Below are positions 37,507 through 46,745 of a stretch of DNA of 64,000 nt, piece after piece. This DNA comes from a virus. The notes below the pieces were generated by a model. It did no database searches, was not told the origin of the DNA, and saw only the letters and a list, made by a program, of their open reading frames with translations. The stretch lies in the IMG/VR virus record IMGVR_UViG_3300033146_001182, positions 24,776 to 88,775 of that record; one strand, 5' to 3'. The position numbers and the translations under genes are program-made. Every line of letters starts with the position of its first letter. Within the stretch, counting starts at the first letter, position 1.

Positions 37507-38478
37507 TTACAAGTCTTGAAGTTCAGCCAACAAAGCATCAGTATTATCTTCACTTTCCTCAGTTTGTAATACTGTTTGAGTTGGTTCATTTGTTGCATCC
37601 TCAGATGGTTGTACAACAGTAGTATTTTCCTGAACTGGTTCGGATTGTTGAGTTGTTGGTGCTGGTGTTGACCCACCAGAACGCCATACTTTTTCAAATT
37701 GATGTCCAACATCATCCCACATCATTTCAGTTTTAAGAAGTTTTTCATGTTCATCAACAGACAATTTCAAACTCTTAATATATTCATCAAGATTATATCG
37801 TTCAGACATGATTTTTTCAATCTCTTCTTCGGTATCAGCCAATGGTGATGAACGTCTTGAAAACATTGTATCCCCATAATCTGGCCATACTTTACCATTT
37901 TTATCTTGTGGTTTAGCTTTAATTTTAAGAATGAAATCATATCCATCTTCTGGATCAAAAATTGCCATACCGTAACCTTGTTCGGTATCAGTAATCTCAT
38001 TTTTGATTTTTGATTCTACTGTGGCAGGAAACTCATACAATCTAACTTTACCAGTTACTTTGTATTTGTCATCTTTAATTTCGGCATCACGAGGATCTTC
38101 AACAATATAAACATTTGAAACATAGCGTTCTTTACGTTTATATTCACCAGCCTTACGTTTGTCTGATTCATTACCTTGATACAACATTTTGGTTGCTTCA
38201 CACCAAGGACAGAATTTATCCATACCATGAGTTTTTTCACACAAGAAATACTTAAAAGTTTCTCCTGATTTGAAACCATGATACATATACTTTTTATAGA
38301 AACCATTTTCAATATCAGGCAACAAACGAACTTTATATTCTTTTGCCTTATCTACTGTTCCCATTTTAGGGTTTTTCCATTTATTATAAAAACCCCCAAC
38401 TTCTTGTTCCTGTTCTGCTTCTTTGGTCTTTTCATTCGCAAACATCTCATACGAATCTTTCTTTAGCCATTTTGACAT
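37507..38478 (-). CDS. 32: Single-stranded DNA-binding protein (gp32-like)
   Basis: VRLLP, HGF...C...CPWC, YVSNVYIVEDP, GKVRLYEF, IFDPEDGYDF, acidic tail; TTTACA-17-TATAAT promoter at 38584-38556. Confidence 0.92.
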   Translation of the reverse strand: MSKWLKKDSYEMFANEKTKEAEQEQEVGGFYNKWKNPKMGTVDKAKEYKVRLLPDIENGFYKKYMYHGFKSGETFKYFLCEKTHGMDKFCPWCEATKMLYQGNESDKRKAGEYKRKERYVSNVYIVEDPRDAEIKDDKYKVTGKVRLYEFPATVESKIKNEITDTEQGYGMAIFDPEDGYDFILKIKAKPQDKNGKVWPDYGDTMFSRRSSPLADTEEEIEKIMSERYNLDEYIKSLKLSVDEHEKLLKTEMMWDDVGHQFEKVWRSGGSTPAPTTQQSEPVQENTTVVQPSEDATNEPTQTVLQTEESEDNTDALLAELQDL

Positions 38479-38601
38479 AATTTACTTCTCCCTTTACTGT
38501 TATTTGATTTTATTACTGTGATCAAACTCTCTACTGAATTCACTGTAATACTGTTATTATACTGTATTTTATCTTAAATGTAAATCTATGTTATATATTT
38601 T

Positions 38602-38979
38602 TTAGTGTAATATTTCCCATTGAAATTGTAAATCCAACTCTGGTAATGAACTAATTTTATCACTTTTAACTATATTAGAATATGTTGATTCATGTCCTTC
38701 TCCATCACTTGCAGTCACAGCAAACCAATGTTCTTCATCATCAGGTAAATTGGCAATCTCAAAATTAAGAACATTCCCTGCAACAACGCTATTTTTGAAT
38801 GGTGGAGTGGGTTGATTATCCCAATATAAAGTATATGACACCACACTAGAAGTAGGACTAGGGTCCCAACTTAATTTAACATCTTTGGCATTTACTGCCG
38901 TAACCATTAAAATAACTAATAGAAACGGCAGTAATCTTTTCACCCAACTCTTGATCTTGAACCTTAAATTGTTGACCAA
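38602..38979 (-). CDS. Exported fibronectin type III domain protein
   Basis: Signal peptide ending VNA; LSWDPSP...YTLYW...FAVTASD..GHESTYSN. Confidence 0.8.
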   Translation of the reverse strand: MVNNLRFKIKSWVKRLLPFLLVILMVTAVNAKDVKLSWDPSPTSSVVSYTLYWDNQPTPPFKNSVVAGNVLNFEIANLPDDEEHWFAVTASDGEGHESTYSNIVKSDKISSLPELDLQFQWEILH

Positions 38980-39233
38980 GTAATTGTAAAATCGAGAGCG
39001 GGTGCGGTAAAATTTTCCTCTAAAATAAAAAAACGACCCGATTCAATATCCAAATTATCATCTTTATAATAAGTCAATTCTAATTTATGTAATCCACCAT
39101 ACAACTCATCTGTCAAATAATTGAAATCTGGTTGATCAATATCAGTCATTACCTTTACATCATTATCATAAAGGTTAAACTTGATGTCTGTTAAATCATC
39201 TGAAGTATTAATTAAAACTCGTATTCCTTGCAT
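38964..39233 (-). CDS. Hypothetical beta-rich protein
   Basis: ORF with GGAG RBS. Confidence 0.6.
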   Translation of the reverse strand: MQGIRVLINTSDDLTDIKFNLYDNDVKVMTDIDQPDFNYLTDELYGGLHKLELTYYKDDNLDIESGRFFILEENFTAPALDFTITWSTI

Positions 39234-39242
39234 TATTTTCTC

Positions 39243-39857
39243 CTATTTTTGAAGATCTAATTTTGTCTTAATAACATTTAATTGACCTTCAAGTATAATA
39301 TTTCTCTTACTTATAGCTTCATTAAACTCTTGTTGTTTTTCTATTATATTATCCATTTTCATATCACGTTTTTCTTGGTTCTTTGTATACGTTTCAAGAA
39401 AATGATCAAACTTTGCTTGTTGTTCAACTTTATCCAATTGATAAACATTCAAATGATTATTATATTCTGCTTGTGAAACTTTTTGTATTTGTAATGTTCC
39501 AACAACACCACCAAAAAAGATACCTATAACTACTGCGGTTGTGATGATTCTATATAATACAGATCTATTACTTTCATATTTATTTTCAAATCTATCTTCA
39601 AGATCGTTAACTAAAGTTGTTATTTCATGTTTATGAATTTGTAATATTTCTTTATTATTATCTATTTTTTCAGATAATCTTTGACATCTTTGTTTCATTT
39701 CGTCTTTATAGGCATCTAATCCACATCCTAAAAGACAAGTATTCATACTCGCAGCAACAGTTCTAATATCCTCTTTCATTTGATCTTGAGATTTTTCAAG
39801 AACTTTTAATCTTCTATTAATACCATTTATTATTTCAGTCTTATCATCTGTTGACAT
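39243..39857 (-). CDS. Coiled-coil membrane protein (late)
   Basis: Coiled coils flanking one TM helix; TATAAATA at 39931-39924. Confidence 0.6.
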   Translation of the reverse strand: MSTDDKTEIINGINRRLKVLEKSQDQMKEDIRTVAASMNTCLLGCGLDAYKDEMKQRCQRLSEKIDNNKEILQIHKHEITTLVNDLEDRFENKYESNRSVLYRIITTAVVIGIFFGGVVGTLQIQKVSQAEYNNHLNVYQLDKVEQQAKFDHFLETYTKNQEKRDMKMDNIIEKQQEFNEAISKRNIILEGQLNVIKTKLDLQK

Positions 39858-40060
39858 TTCAATACAAACCTCATATTTTATTTTTCATTTCTAAACAAAT
39901 TTGCATCAAAACATCTATACTTGTATTTATATTTTATTCTGTTATAAGAACTTTAGACCCCTTCTTTTTTCGTTCTTCAAGTTCTTTTAATGTTTCACCC
40001 CCACCATAAATCATTTGTTCTTTAGTGGTTTCCTCTTGTTTGGGCTTATCAAGGTAAGGT

Positions 40061-40693
40061 TTATCCGATTGATTCTTCATCTAATTCTTTCTCCTTTTGT
40101 GACATATAATCCATAAATGGTGAAAGATTCTCACATAATTCTCTATATCTTTGTGTAATATAAGGAATCATAGTCCTTTCATCATCAGACAAAACAACAT
40201 ACCTCTTATAAATACAATATGTTAATGTTAATGCATCTATTTCATTTCGGTTGTATTTATATATAATTATTTTAATTTCACCATCTCGGAATTTACAGAA
40301 GTTTTGAAGTTGTCCATATCCTTCTCTTCTTGGTTTATCTTTTAAGTATGAACTAATATTATGAAATGTTTGGTCGATTTCTCCTTTGGACGTTTCCATC
40401 TTCCTTTTTTTAATCTTATCTCGTTGAATATATAAATCAATAATCTTTTGATCACAGAAATGTTTATATGTAAATGTTTTCCATAAAGAAAATCCACAAT
40501 TCATATATTCATCTATATCAATATTGGAATAAGATGTATTAAAATGAACCATCATCTTATACAACCATTCTGCATTTTTCTTATTCATCTTCACAAGGAA
40601 AGAATCCCAATCCTTTGGTATTCTATATCCTCTATTATTAGCATTTGCTTGTGCTCGTCTAAACGCACAATATACATCAAATTCACTTACCAC
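40061..40693 (-). CDS. Hypothetical protein
   Basis: ORF with AGGAG RBS. Confidence 0.65.
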   Translation of the reverse strand: MVSEFDVYCAFRRAQANANNRGYRIPKDWDSFLVKMNKKNAEWLYKMMVHFNTSYSNIDIDEYMNCGFSLWKTFTYKHFCDQKIIDLYIQRDKIKKRKMETSKGEIDQTFHNISSYLKDKPRREGYGQLQNFCKFRDGEIKIIIYKYNRNEIDALTLTYCIYKRYVVLSDDERTMIPYITQRYRELCENLSPFMDYMSQKEKELDEESIG

Positions 40694-40745
40694 AATTTAT
40701 CTCCTTTTCGTTATCAATACAGTTTAATGTAAATGAATTAGTATG

Positions 40746-41384
40746 TCAATATGAACCACCATCAATATCTCCACCAACTTCCATAAAATATGTGGAATCA
40801 TGATCTAATAAATCAGCATCTAATCCAGAACCAGAACCATCTACAGTTTTTATTTTGGTTAATATATCATTAGCAGTATATGTAGATGAATCCAATTTAC
40901 TATCCAATTCAGTTTGTAAATTGTCAATATTTGAAATTATATGATTATGACTATCATCATTAATTGAAACAGAAATAGAAACATTGTCAGAACCATCAAA
41001 AGAAGTAGATCCTGTTGCATCACCTGTTAATGATATTGTTCTGGCTATTTGTAACTTTGAGGCAGAAACAGCATTTTCTGTTGCGCCAAGTTTGCCATTA
41101 ATTATATTCATTGTTGCATCTGAAATTTTAACACCAGATGTACCAACAGTTAATGTTGTTCCATCAGGATCAACTGACATTACACCACTGTTTAAATTTA
41201 ATCCATCACCAGCAGTAATGACTGTTCCGCCAGATAATTCAACAATACTTGCTGTTCCATCATCTTTTTTAATAAACAATTTTCCATCATAAGTATTAAT
41301 TGCTAATTCACCTAATTCCAAATCAGCAGTTGTTGGAACTTTACCAGATGTTGATGTACTTTTATTTTTAATTATATGGGCCAT
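40746..41384 (-). CDS. Tail fibre/baseplate-associated structural protein
   Basis: GELAINTYDGKLF, ASKLQIARTISLTGDATGS.SFDGS, DGSGSGLDADLLD, IDGGSY tail-fibre motifs. Confidence 0.8.
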   Translation of the reverse strand: MAHIIKNKSTSTSGKVPTTADLELGELAINTYDGKLFIKKDDGTASIVELSGGTVITAGDGLNLNSGVMSVDPDGTTLTVGTSGVKISDATMNIINGKLGATENAVSASKLQIARTISLTGDATGSTSFDGSDNVSISVSINDDSHNHIISNIDNLQTELDSKLDSSTYTANDILTKIKTVDGSGSGLDADLLDHDSTYFMEVGGDIDGGSY

Positions 41385-41430
41385 TAATATAATCCTTTTC
41401 CACAAAATTTAATTACATATTTATTTATGG

Positions 41431-41464
41431 AAAAATCCAAGACAATTTTCATCATCTTGGATTT
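41431..41464 (-). terminator. Terminator hairpin
   Basis: AAATCCAAGA...TCTTGGATTT with T tract. Confidence 0.6.
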
Positions 41465-41490
41465 ATATTTTTTTACTTTTTATTAAATTA

Positions 41491-42000
41491 TTATAATTCT
41501 TTTAATAACTTATCAATACCATGTTTTCTAGTGAAAAATTGTGAATATTCCCCTATAGTTGGATGATATGGTTTATATTTCAATTTCATATGTGCTTCTT
41601 TTGGTGTTCTATCAGCTTTCTTATGATTGCATGGTTTACAAGAACAAACACAATTCTTCCAAGTTGATTTTCCACCTTGAGCACGAGGAATAACATGATC
41701 AACAGTACAATCTTTTAATTCTGGTATATATTCCCCACAATAAAGACATACTTGTTTATCTCTAATTATAATATTTTTCTTGGAAAATGGAACTTCCTTC
41801 TTAAAGATTGATTTAACAAACCTCACCACTCTTACAATCAATGGAACAACTACTTCAACTGTTCTATCTTGATTACGAACTATCTTGGTGGTTTCTTTAA
41901 GTGTTTCTGCCTTACCTTCTAGCAGTAAACAAACAGCATTTTTCCAAGAAGTGATACTTAAAAATGTATAATCTGCATTAAGAACGATTACATTTTGCAT
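41491..42000 (-). CDS. HNH endonuclease
   Basis: VIVLNADY, RD..CLYCG, TVDHVIPRAQGG.STWKNCVCSCKPCNHKK. Confidence 0.92.
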   Translation of the reverse strand: MQNVIVLNADYTFLSITSWKNAVCLLLEGKAETLKETTKIVRNQDRTVEVVVPLIVRVVRFVKSIFKKEVPFSKKNIIIRDKQVCLYCGEYIPELKDCTVDHVIPRAQGGKSTWKNCVCSCKPCNHKKADRTPKEAHMKLKYKPYHPTIGEYSQFFTRKHGIDKLLKEL

Positions 42001-42011
42001 TGTCTTATCCT

Positions 42012-42278
42012 TTACATTTTGAATGGATTTTCCTGACCCTTCATCATTACTTTTTGAACTTTATCAGAATCCTTCAAATCTTTAATATATCTACGATAGT
42101 TTTCAATAGCTTCAGCTTTAGTAACTTTATATGATGGAGAACCATCTTCATTTTCTACCATGATTTCATCTTTATCTGTATAACAAAATACACATTTACA
42201 TGCATTTGTTACTTCATCCACCACCACACTCATATCTGGGTGGAAGTATTTCTCACATTTGACACAACGAGGACACAT
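42012..42278 (-). CDS. Small Zn-binding protein
   Basis: CVKC...CVFC. Confidence 0.6.
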   Translation of the reverse strand: MCPRCVKCEKYFHPDMSVVVDEVTNACKCVFCYTDKDEIMVENEDGSPSYKVTKAEAIENYRRYIKDLKDSDKVQKVMMKGQENPFKM

Positions 42279-42319
42279 CTTTATCTCCCTTTACACTTAT
42301 ATTTTTATGTTAATTTCTT

Positions 42320-42580
42320 TTATTCGTTTATATATATTAGTTCTTTTACCTTATGAGAAATAACTACATCATCTTCAACAATTTTTGTATTTTCTTTAAA
42401 ATATTTTAATTGTTCATCAATTTCATTATAAACAGATTGTTGAAATTCCTCACTAGCATAATCTAATATACCACCAACTAAATTACATAATTGATTATTT
42501 AATTCACCTAATTCAGAACCTTCATATTCAGCATATTCCCTTAACTCCTCAACTTTAGAATATAATTCATCAAAATTCAT
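42320..42580 (-). CDS. Hypothetical protein
   Basis: AGGAG RBS. Confidence 0.6.
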   Translation of the reverse strand: MNFDELYSKVEELREYAEYEGSELGELNNQLCNLVGGILDYASEEFQQSVYNEIDEQLKYFKENTKIVEDDVVISHKVKELIYINE

Positions 42581-42592
42581 TATTTTCTCCTA

Positions 42593-42889
42593 TTACTCAT
42601 CTATCTCAATTAAATGTTTTTCTACTAATTGGCCAATTTGTTGAATATTTGACGATACTGTATTACAATAAGAATCTAAACCATGTGAATTTTTGGTGTC
42701 CATTTCTTGTTTACATGCCAAAACTTCCATCTTCAATAAACCTGTCAAAGCAGTTTCAATTGACAAATATACATCAGATACCTTATCATTGTCAACATCC
42801 TTAACGGTTAATGATACAGTTGGTTTAATACTCTCATAGTTACCAGTATTTATAGTTAATGTCCTAGAGACACTTATATCAACTTTCAT
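42593..42889 (-). CDS. Hypothetical phage protein
   Basis: RTLTINTGNYESIK motif. Confidence 0.6.
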   Translation of the reverse strand: MKVDISVSRTLTINTGNYESIKPTVSLTVKDVDNDKVSDVYLSIETALTGLLKMEVLACKQEMDTKNSHGLDSYCNTVSSNIQQIGQLVEKHLIEIDE

Positions 42890-43253
42890 TTCCTTTCTCC
42901 TTATAATTCTTAATCGCCTCGTGAATAGCAGATGCAGCAAGATTAGAACAGTGCATCTTTTCAGGTGGCAATCCTTCTAATGCTTCAGCTACAGCCTCAT
43001 CAGTTAATTTTAAGGCTTCTTCTATTGTTTTTCCTATTACCATTTCAGTTGCCATTGAAGATGTAGCAATTGCTGCACCACAACCAAATGTCTTAAAACG
43101 AATATCTTTAATAATATTATCTTCTACAATTAATTGCATCTGCATAATATCACCACAAGTAGCATTTCCTACTTCACCAATGGCATTTGCACCTTCCAAA
43201 TCCCCTGAATTACGAGGATTAGCAAAATGATCCATTACTTTTTCACTATACAT
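42879..43253 (-). CDS. nifU: Fe-S cluster scaffold NifU/IscU
   Basis: MYSEKVMDHF.NPRN, CGD, FKTFGCGAAIA, LPPEKMHCSNLA. Confidence 0.96.
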   Translation of the reverse strand: MYSEKVMDHFANPRNSGDLEGANAIGEVGNATCGDIMQMQLIVEDNIIKDIRFKTFGCGAAIATSSMATEMVIGKTIEEALKLTDEAVAEALEGLPPEKMHCSNLAASAIHEAIKNYKEKGNES

Positions 43254-43299
43254 TATTTACTACTCCCTTAAATGGTTTTTTATGATAAATATATAAACC

Positions 43300-43802
43300 T
43301 CAGTAATCAATGAAAGGACCAAATGAAATTAATTTATCCAAATGATCCCACATTTTTTTCTCTGTTTCGTGATATTTATCTATCAATATCATTTCTTTTT
43401 GTAATGTCTCTTTGAAATACTTATATTCTTTCTCATACATTACAAACTTTTCTTGACTATCATGAGTTGTCATTGTAATGTTGTTAAACGTGCCCGATGG
43501 TCTTTTGCCAATTCAGGATAAGTGTTTTTTTGACGTTCTTTTCTGTTCCGTCCACGTTTATCAGTTACTAAATATGTAATATCAGCAACTTCACGACCAA
43601 ACTTATCATAAACATCTTCATAAACGATTTGGGTATCTTCAATCGTATCATGTAACCAAGAAACAGTTAACACAACTTCATCAAAAATACCAAAAACCAT
43701 TAAAGTGTTATATACATCATTTAAGTGTTTAGTATAAGGATACTTCCCATACATATCACCTTCATGAACGGTTTCAGCAAACTTTTTAGCTTCTAATAAC
43801 AT
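43300..43802 (-). pseudogene. Small alarmone hydrolase-like HD protein, frameshifted
   Basis: H...PY..HL, LHDTIEDT, VTD; the expected VKLADR motif is missing and the C-terminus (NNITM...YEKEYKYFKETL...MWDHL) continues in another frame to 43300. Confidence 0.7.
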
Positions 43803-43844
43803 ATAAACACCTCACTATCTGAAACCATTATAACATATCATTAC

Positions 43845-44081
43845 CTAAAGAACAAGTGATGATTTATCTTTCTGTAATTCTTTGACTGCTTCTGTCTCAG
43901 CAATATCAGTTCCACAATTCATACAAATGAAATTACTTCCTGCTGGAGCAATCCCTTCTTGTCCATTCTGACTCATTACTGCTGATACTTTAATAAATGT
44001 TAAAATTTCAGTAAAAGCAGCACTTCCACATTTTGAACATACTACAACTTCTGGTTCTAAATTTTGATGTGCATCTTCCAT
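43845..44081 (-). CDS. Small Zn-ribbon protein
   Basis: CSKC...CMNC. Confidence 0.65.
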   Translation of the reverse strand: MEDAHQNLEPEVVVCSKCGSAAFTEILTFIKVSAVMSQNGQEGIAPAGSNFICMNCGTDIAETEAVKELQKDKSSLVL

Positions 44082-44812
44082 TATTCAATCTCCTCTTCTA
44101 TATTATCTACTTCATCATAATCCAATCTTGTATGATAAATGCCATCCAATTCTCTAATCAATCTTTGTTGAACCCTTCTTAAAGTTCCAACTTTCATTTC
44201 ATCTAATTGTTTATCTTCTCTTAATCTATCAATGGTATCTCTTACTACCTTTGCTTTTGATTCAGGAGTTGTTAATTTATCTGAAATTGAACGTGCTGTC
44301 GCTTCAACCGAATCAACAATCATTAAAATTGATGAATATTCCCCACTTGGTTTTGGACATTTATATCTAAAAGCATCTGGATTATTTTTATCTGTTTTAT
44401 TATACAACGATTTTAATATTGTGTCACCATGATGTTCAGAAATAATTTCCATAACCTCACGAGGCATATCTGTTTCTGTCATCAATATCATTACACTATC
44501 TGCCACATGTCTAGTAATTAACTGATATGAAATATATGGATCTAAATCATCATGAAGATTTCCATCACTTCCTTGATTTTCAGTAAAGAAATTAGGATTA
44601 AACATCTTCCCTATATCATGATACATTGCACATACTTTCATCAAAGTTGTATCCAATCCTAAATCCGATGCGACTGCTTCTGACAAATCAGCAACATTTT
44701 GTGAATGTCTGTATGTTCCTGGAGCAGTTGATTTCAATTTATCTAATAAAGGATAATCTGTATCCAAATACCTCTTTAATGATTCAGTATCAGGAAATGT
44801 TTCATTGTCCAT
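44081..44812 (-). CDS. Standalone HDIG phosphohydrolase (PgpH / 7TM-HD C-terminal domain-like)
   Basis: PLL..L...APGTYRHS..VA.LSE, YHDIGK..NP.FFTENQ, EHHGDT, FRY..PKP, DSVEATARS. Confidence 0.88.
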   Translation of the reverse strand: MDNETFPDTESLKRYLDTDYPLLDKLKSTAPGTYRHSQNVADLSEAVASDLGLDTTLMKVCAMYHDIGKMFNPNFFTENQGSDGNLHDDLDPYISYQLITRHVADSVMILMTETDMPREVMEIISEHHGDTILKSLYNKTDKNNPDAFRYKCPKPSGEYSSILMIVDSVEATARSISDKLTTPESKAKVVRDTIDRLREDKQLDEMKVGTLRRVQQRLIRELDGIYHTRLDYDEVDNIEEEIE

Positions 44813-45257
44813 TTTTTAATTTCTCCCTTAACTTCATCAACCGTGAACAAAACTCTGTTGATGTTAGTATCGTTTCATTCTTCCGTCTTCTGCCTATAGA
44901 ATGTGTTAATATCCCATCCCCTGTGGCTAATAATGCTCTTCTAAAACCATCACTCTGACGACACATTTCTTCATAGGCTCTATCTAAAAGATTTTGGTAT
45001 ACCTCACTATCTCTTTTGATAGCAATACCACGCCAATACAATGTTTGATTTCTTCTCCAATTCTTTTTACTACCCCTTTGTTTAGCAGCAAAACCTACAA
45101 GTTTACATACTTCTTCTTGTATATCTGGATTAGAAAACTTTAATGATTGAAGAAACCCTTCCATTGAATTGATTTCAACCCCATCTAATATAAACCTATG
45201 TCCAGCAAAATTGGATAACTTATTTGATGGGTAATTTGATTTAGAGTGTATATCCAT
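44802..45257 (-). CDS. T4 gp30.3-like (NADAR-related) protein
   Basis: LSNFA...F.LDGV...SMEGFLQSLK, LYWRG, FRRALLAT...LTHSIG. Confidence 0.8.
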   Translation of the reverse strand: MDIHSKSNYPSNKLSNFAGHRFILDGVEINSMEGFLQSLKFSNPDIQEEVCKLVGFAAKQRGSKKNWRRNQTLYWRGIAIKRDSEVYQNLLDRAYEEMCRQSDGFRRALLATGDGILTHSIGRRRKNETILTSTEFCSRLMKLREKLKNGQ

Positions 45258-45266
45258 ATTTTATAT

Positions 45267-46001
45267 TTATCTCTTAATAACATCCTCTAAAAAATCAAAT
45301 ATATATGTATTATTATATCTAAAGGCAAAATCATCATGACCTAATAATTTACATCCAGAATTATATACAGATTTATATATAACCTCTTTATTAGGTGGCG
45401 GGTAACACCACATTGATCGTATAGAATCAGCTGGTCGCCATTCCACATCTGGATCAGCAAATAACCACGTTTCAAATTGAGCACTTTCAATCATATGCCA
45501 ATCATTAATACGACTCATAAATACAGATTTATCCATAATAAATGGACAATGAGAACAAAAATTTACATAACAATTATACTTTTTTCTTGCATATTCCATT
45601 GTATCCCATAAACATTTTGAAAACCCACTCCCACCTAAAGGACCTCGATCACGAACATTAACACCATAAGCATATGGATAATAAAATTCATTTATAGTCA
45701 TGTCATCCAGAAAATAAAAATCATCATGCATATATAACCAATAATCAGGCAATACATCAAGATTATTATGAATAGTATAAAATAAATGTTTATCTGTATA
45801 TCCTTCAACTGGTTCAATAGGGACCCATGTCAACCCATCAATTTCAGGATTAGTTATTGATAAAACATAATATTCTGTTACCCAAGGAACAAATTTCTTT
45901 ACACTTAAAAAACTTAATTCAAGTTCTTTATTATGAAAATCACTAGGATGCCACATCCAATAGGCAGGAATGGTTTTTAATGATAAAAACTTTTCGTTCA
46001 T
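45267..46001 (-). CDS. Stealth-like sugar-phosphotransferase
   Basis: ELELSFLSVKKFVPWV and WLYMHDDFYF match Stealth CR2; SHCPF matches CR3. Confidence 0.6.
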   Translation of the reverse strand: MNEKFLSLKTIPAYWMWHPSDFHNKELELSFLSVKKFVPWVTEYYVLSITNPEIDGLTWVPIEPVEGYTDKHLFYTIHNNLDVLPDYWLYMHDDFYFLDDMTINEFYYPYAYGVNVRDRGPLGGSGFSKCLWDTMEYARKKYNCYVNFCSHCPFIMDKSVFMSRINDWHMIESAQFETWLFADPDVEWRPADSIRSMWCYPPPNKEVIYKSVYNSGCKLLGHDDFAFRYNNTYIFDFLEDVIKR

Positions 46002-46194
46002 TACTCTTTATAGAAAACGTGATAAAAATCTTGTTCTACTTGAATGTTAATAACTTTATCAGCATCAACACCCAATGTCTCAAGTTTTTGATTAATCTCA
46101 CCAATAATTACAATTGGTTTTTTTGATTGTTGGTTTGGTCCGAAAACAGCAACACCAAAAGCATTAATTTTACTCATATATACCTCTCATTTTT

Positions 46195-46377
46195 TTATTT
46201 TTTATTCCAATGCCTTTTTATGGCTTGAAAATATGGTCTGAAATCTTCAACAAAACTATCATATATTGTAAATGGAATTATAAAAATAAACCAAGATAAA
46301 ATAACCCCAGGTAATATTGATATAAGAAAAACAGAATGTAATTTGGGATGTTTAGTTACAAAATTATCAAACATCAT
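46195..46377 (-). CDS. Small membrane protein
   Basis: Single TM helix. Confidence 0.5.
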   Translation of the reverse strand: MMFDNFVTKHPKLHSVFLISILPGVILSWFIFIIPFTIYDSFVEDFRPYFQAIKRHWNKK

Positions 46378-46560
46378 TTTCCATTAACCAATAAATCTTC
46401 AATAATATCAATCTCCATCTCACGATTGTTTTGTTCATATTCCTTTTCGGTCAAGAAAAATGATCGAATAAAATAATAACCTAAGTCAAAAATAATCCCA
46501 AAAAATAGATAAACTGTCATAAAATATTGTTTCATTGTTTTTCCCTTCATTGTTTGAATT

Positions 46561-46702
46561 ATTCGGGTATTAGACGATAAAAGTTTATAACGTGCTCTAC
46601 CAACTGAGCTATCTCCTAAGACTTTTGGTCCCAGAGAGTGGGAGTCGAACCCACGACAACGGCTTTATCAGAGCGAAGTAACTATTATCTACGACACCGA
46701 AT
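46561..46702 (-). ncRNA. Circularly permuted tRNA-like RNA, YrlA/Y RNA-like
   Basis: Order: terminal stem, anticodon-like loop CTGATAA, T arm GTGGGTTCGACTCCCAC, acceptor-like stem closed by a loop, D arm GCTCAGTTGGTAGAGC, terminal stem with bulged C. Confidence 0.8.
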
Positions 46703-46716
46703 ATTTAATTGAACCT

Positions 46717-46745
46717 ATAATACTACATTAATATTGATATGTCAA
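46717..46745 (-). promoter_or_regulatory. Sigma70 promoter for the Y-like RNA
   Basis: TTGACA-17-TATTAT. Confidence 0.8.

Noticed and set aside
40061-40693. Possible gp59 helicase loader
   Set aside because: Size and proximity to gp32 fit, but I could not recognise diagnostic motifs
40790-40830. LDADLLDHDS lacks the Gly usual in the LDADLLDG motif
   Set aside because: Single-codon difference; with the lesions at about 43485 and 62270 it may reflect small assembly deletions, which cannot be judged without reads
46561-46702. Two-piece tmRNA or ordinary tRNA
   Set aside because: It has a complete D arm, no tag reading frame, permuted arm order and a closing terminal stem; Y RNA-like fits better
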